This document shows positions 59,732 through 64,000 of a stretch of 64,000 nt of DNA, in pieces. Both the position numbers and the translations under genes were made by a program. The stretch's first letter is position 1; every line of letters begins with the position of its first letter. The notes under the pieces are model-generated. The model saw only the letters and a list, made by a program, of their open reading frames with translations. It ran no database searches and was not told the origin of the DNA. This stretch comes from Setoptus koraiensis (taxonomy: Eukaryota > Animalia > Arthropoda): assembly GCA_048013815.1 (NCBI GenBank), contig CM106586.1, forward strand, positions 5,518,001 through 5,582,000, in the 5' to 3' direction.

Positions 59732-61412
59732 CGACAACAATTCACTTTCAAGGAAACAACAAACAATGTTTACTCTACCTGTAAAAAGAAGTGTTTACTA
59801 GTGTATGTGTAAGTGTGTGTGTCGGAAAACTGGCGCGTGGGTGACATGACACACAAACAAAGTGGCCGAGGTCACAGTTGGCGCTATTACTTGTAGGCAT
59901 AATTATTATTATTATTCAATATTCAGGCTGTTAGGCCTGTTGTTACTTGCCATGCCATACCCAATTTTTCACCGGATGAAGAAATGTGGAAAATATGAAC
60001 GATGCAACTCTCAATTGATGAATCAATGTTCCTCCATTCAAAGCCATGCCAGATATCTGTCATGAGCTACTCCTACGAATGTCATTTGAGTCCACTGAAG
60101 GCACAGGCAACGCCGTAGTCAATCTAAGCCATATCAACAATCGAACAAGCCGATATCTTTTGTAAGTCCGCAAGCAGCAATAATACTTGCAAGAGCATGT
60201 CATATGATGAATGGCGAATGTAGCAAAATCCGCAAAATCCCTTAGAAGCAAGGAATTGTCTGAATGTTAGCCGATCTCTTATTATACATTTGTGGCATAA
60301 GAGCGAAACAATTTTAAAACCTCTAAACCAGGGTTGGTATTTTCATCTTCAGTCTCAATGGCTCTAATTTAAGTGTACCAACACGCATCATCGCAAGAAT
60401 AGTAATATCTGATTGCAACTGGCGCTCTACTACAGGTACTATTATCAGACATCAGATGACTCCAAAATGATCCAGTGTAAGACGAAAAAGCCCCACTCAA
60501 ACCGACAACTAATTTGCCATCAGTTATCAAACCAGCATTGGTCTCAAGATTTTTCATAGAAAAAATTTGAAACTCGCCACAGAAGTGCGATCCATCGCAC
60601 TTCGCTGTGATCTGACTGACGAGTGGATCGTATAAAGATTATGGTTTGCATGAATTTCACGGTTACTAATGATGCCCAATGACATAAGTAAATTATGTCA
60701 CTGTTGCGCAACTCCGATTCCACGCAAGTATTATAGGCAAAATGTATTCCAGCATGGACCAATAATCAAACTGTTATCGAATAGGATTCTTTGGGATCCA
60801 AACATTCTCTCCTTTTGCTATACTTAGGTAACAGTGTACTATGATTGATTCACACTATCCGTGCCACAACAAGCGTTTCGGTTAGTATATCGAGGCGATA
60901 GATTATCAAAGCCGTTCTGCGACTTTCATGGAATACAATTGATAAACGCCATCAAATACATATGCATACACAGTCATCAATTTGGTTGAATGCATTAGCC
61001 ATGCATCAGTCAATTAACCGACAATCAGTTATTGGAGTCAAACGAAATGAAAGAACATTAGGATCACTATTGCCAATGAGAAGGCTGGTTTATCAAGTGA
61101 ATTGCCATTTCGGAAATGGAATGTCTCAACATGTTTGCATATGTCAACCTGGATAGACTTCAAAGCGAGCCGTTGTGTATCTGATGCTGCTGCTAGAGCT
61201 GCACATGCTCTTGTTTGCTCTTCACCAACGACAACAATTCATCTTGGAGAAAACAGAAACAATAACAACTACTACAATACAATGTTTGCTCTACCTGTAA
61301 AAAGTGTACGTTTGTGTCGGAAAAGTGGTGCGTGGGCGACATGACATACAGACAAAGTGGCATTTACTATTGCTAGTTGTTGTTATTGGTACAATTATTA
61401 TTATTATTTCAA
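59732..61412. repeat. Diverged direct repeat of about 185 bp: copy A ~59732-59918, copy B ~61229-61412
   Basis: Collinear shared blocks: CGACAACAATTCA; ACAATGTTTRCTCTACCTGTAAAAAG; TGTGTCGGAAAASTGGYGCGTGGGYGACATGACAYACARACAAAGTGGC; AATTATTATTATT. Confidence 0.85.
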
Positions 61413-64000
61413 CGATTGTTGCTGTTGTTTTTGTTCTCGCTACAACATGACACACAAGAAGAAGAAGAAGAAGAGAAAGAAGAAGAAGGAGACGAGAAAC
61501 GAGGAAAGTGATTGACTTTCTCTCGGCTGCTGTACTCACTCGGAACTAGCATGCAGAAGGCGGGCAGTGAAGAGGAGAAAGAGAGAGAGAGAAAGAGACT
61601 CGGACCAGAGGGGTCACCAGATGAAACATGCCCATGTTTACATGTTTTCCTGGCCACGAGCCCTTGGTGGAAATGCACTCGGATAAATTGATTTTTGCAC
61701 ACACACACACACACTAATGATCATGACAAGTTGTTGGTGCTGGGCCTCGGCTTGTTTCGTTCCGTTCGGAACTGGCAAAGCATACAACTGTGGAAATGAG
61801 AGAGAAAGCAAACATCATGATTATTGCAGTGCTGTCGATGATGCTCATTATGGTGATGGCTTTGGCTGAGCCTATTTACCTTTGTTTGTGTTGTTGTGCA
61901 ACCAACCACCTTTGCCAGCTAGTCTGACAAAATTTCGCAGCCTGTTACGTAGTATGTTTAATGAGTTTGTGTGTGTGTGTGTGTTTTGTGTTGTGTTGAC
62001 AACTTGACTAGTTCTTACATAATCATCATCATCATACCAATGGCACCAAAACGCATCCTGATGATAAAAGTTAGCGCTCATGATGATTATGTTGGCATTA
62101 ACTGGCATCTGACTGGCTAGTGAGTGCTCGGCATATAGACAGACAGGTCCATTCTTGAATTAGCACTAAATTTGTTTGTGCCCACAAACAAATACACGAG
62201 CATACATGCAGCGGTTATACATTATAGTTGGTATAATCAGAAAGTAAACTAGTGCTAGAGTCGGTCACCTGTCCTCTCGTGCAAGCTCTCTTTCTCCATT
62301 TTATTTGCTTTTCCATATTTTTTGTTGCGGCACATTACATTCATTCATCGATGGCTCATGTTGACTGAATGTCGAATGATGAAGAGAAACGAAAATTGAT
62401 TGAGTTAAACAATGTTACTACATAAACACACAAACATACTAGTGGCGGCTCGCAACACTAGTGTGTACAACAACAACTAATTACAGCGTAAAATTGCGTA
62501 ACAAAGCGCATATTATCTGAACGATCACATCAGCTCATTACTACGATTACCATCATCATAATTTCAATCAATACTCATGTTGCTCCAGTTACATCAGTAT
62601 GGTCATCTAAGTGGTCTGCACACACGAAGACAGCGACAACTTGGCCTCGCGTTGTCTTCTAAACGGTGCGGGCTTGTGGGCTTTTCTTGTCGTGTGTCTG
62701 GCGGGCATCAAACAGTTGCTGCTACGCGTACCGGCCAAGCCAATGGGAAATAAGATGATCTATTATCGCCGCTATTGTAGCCGAGCTCGATATGTCTATC
62801 ATGTAAATGAAGGGATAAGTGCAGTGAAGTTATCCTATGCGCAACTACATTAGTGGCGTTGGTAGTTGTTATTGTTGCAAAGCGCGCCAGTTATCCGCCA
62901 GCTAGCCGGTCGGCATCAACGGCAACTCGATCGCCCACTCGCTTCTTCAACTTAATTAGGTAGAGAGCTGAGCAAGGGGAGAGTGAACGAACAAGAACAA
63001 AGCCAACAAACAAAAGCTCGTACCTCTACTATCCAATTATGAGTTCTCTCTCACTCTCTGTGGTCCGACCATTTGTCTGTTGCTCGACTTTCGACTTTCC
63101 TTTCATGTTGTGCATTTTGTTTGACTCAACACTATCGTGTACTGATTGATGAGCGAAACAAAACACTATTTGGACCCGATGAATATACCATGGTTGATGC
63201 ATGGACGTTATGGTTGACACTGGATGATGTTCATTATGAGTGCGCTCACCGGTGGACGAGAACTGAAAAAATGCGTGCCATTTTTTTGGGCCAGCTAATG
63301 GAGCAACGACAGCAACAACAACAACAACAACTACAACAAACATGTTTTTTGCCTGAATGCTGTTGATCGACTTGATGGATAAAGAACTGACCAGTGGCCG
63401 GCATTGGATGAATGCAGCGAATCGCTTTCATGGTGTGCCCGCGCTGCCTCAATCATGCAGATGTTCACACAATAATTACCTTTTTCTTTCTGAACCAACG
63501 TTCGCGTGTTATGACGCAACTGGACACAACTACTCAGGCTACTATTGTCTCTAGCTGACGATATTAACGAATCGACTTGTAAATCATAATTATATTTGGA
63601 CGTGTAACAACACACACACACACACACACGATAAGCAACGGCCAAAGTCGATTCTCGGCGCTCGGTTGCCTCACTGGCGCACTATGGCCGCCATTATACA
63701 CAGTCGGAGATTCAATCACTATCAATCGGCTGAATGTTTTGCAATTAATTGTGTGTGTGTGTGTGTCCGATGGCCCAGTTTGGCCATCAATAATGATAAT
63801 GAATCGCCCCGGAGTCGGCCAGCATGGACGCACCAACACGTAGTAATGTTGAAGTTTTTGCGGACTAGAGAGCCAAAGTGGACCAGGCTGAGGCAACAAA
63901 AATGAATGGTCACAATGTAATTATAAAGAGCATCTTAATCGATGCAGATTACGCCGGATTATCGATGATGTTCCAGCAAACGGGCCGCTTTATCGTGTGG

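Noticed and set aside
58808-63913. Numerous 60-120 aa ORFs upstream of the KLF gene
   Set aside because: Their composition comes from simple repeats (CVCV, LLLL, HHH, QQQ), with no domain or consistent splice structure.
1-64000. CRISPR arrays, rRNA, intact transposase or reverse transcriptase genes, horizontally transferred bacterial genes
   Set aside because: No repeat-spacer array, rRNA-like segment or transposase/RT motif was seen; all recognised genes belong to ordinary animal families.

Overview
Eukaryotic (arthropod) genomic DNA; no prokaryotic features, CRISPR arrays, rRNA or tRNA were found. Gene content and the compact, intron-poor layout best fit an acariform mite, possibly an eriophyoid (inference). 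About 20 genes are packed into the first 51 kb: a DEAH helicase (probably spindle-E/TDRD9, cut by the window edge), an ABCG half-transporter, an orphan secreted protein, eIF3e, PLD6/zucchini, an FNIP-like gene, a 117-aa orphan, SNF8, 7B2, a secreted Lys/His-rich protein, a CCDC117-like gene, SNX17, a Barx homeobox gene with a 27-nt microexon, flamingo/CELSR, RNase T2, a sniffer-like SDR, an ANKRD28/44/52-like protein, DAP3 and STI1/Hop. The last 13 kb is microsatellite-rich non-coding DNA around a KLF2/4-type gene. I reconstructed 13 GT-AG introns by hand that join ORF-track fragments in frame. Main findings: (1) Flamingo has only 4 cadherin repeats and the first looks like an EC1/EC6 chimera; (2) the PP6 ankyrin subunit and STI1 are also shortened by loss of whole repeat blocks; (3) retained introns sit almost entirely at the 3' end of the coding sequences; (4) the KLF gene has a recent 3 x 183-bp coding repeat and a duplicated upstream non-coding module. 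Family assignments come from recalled motifs, not from database searches.
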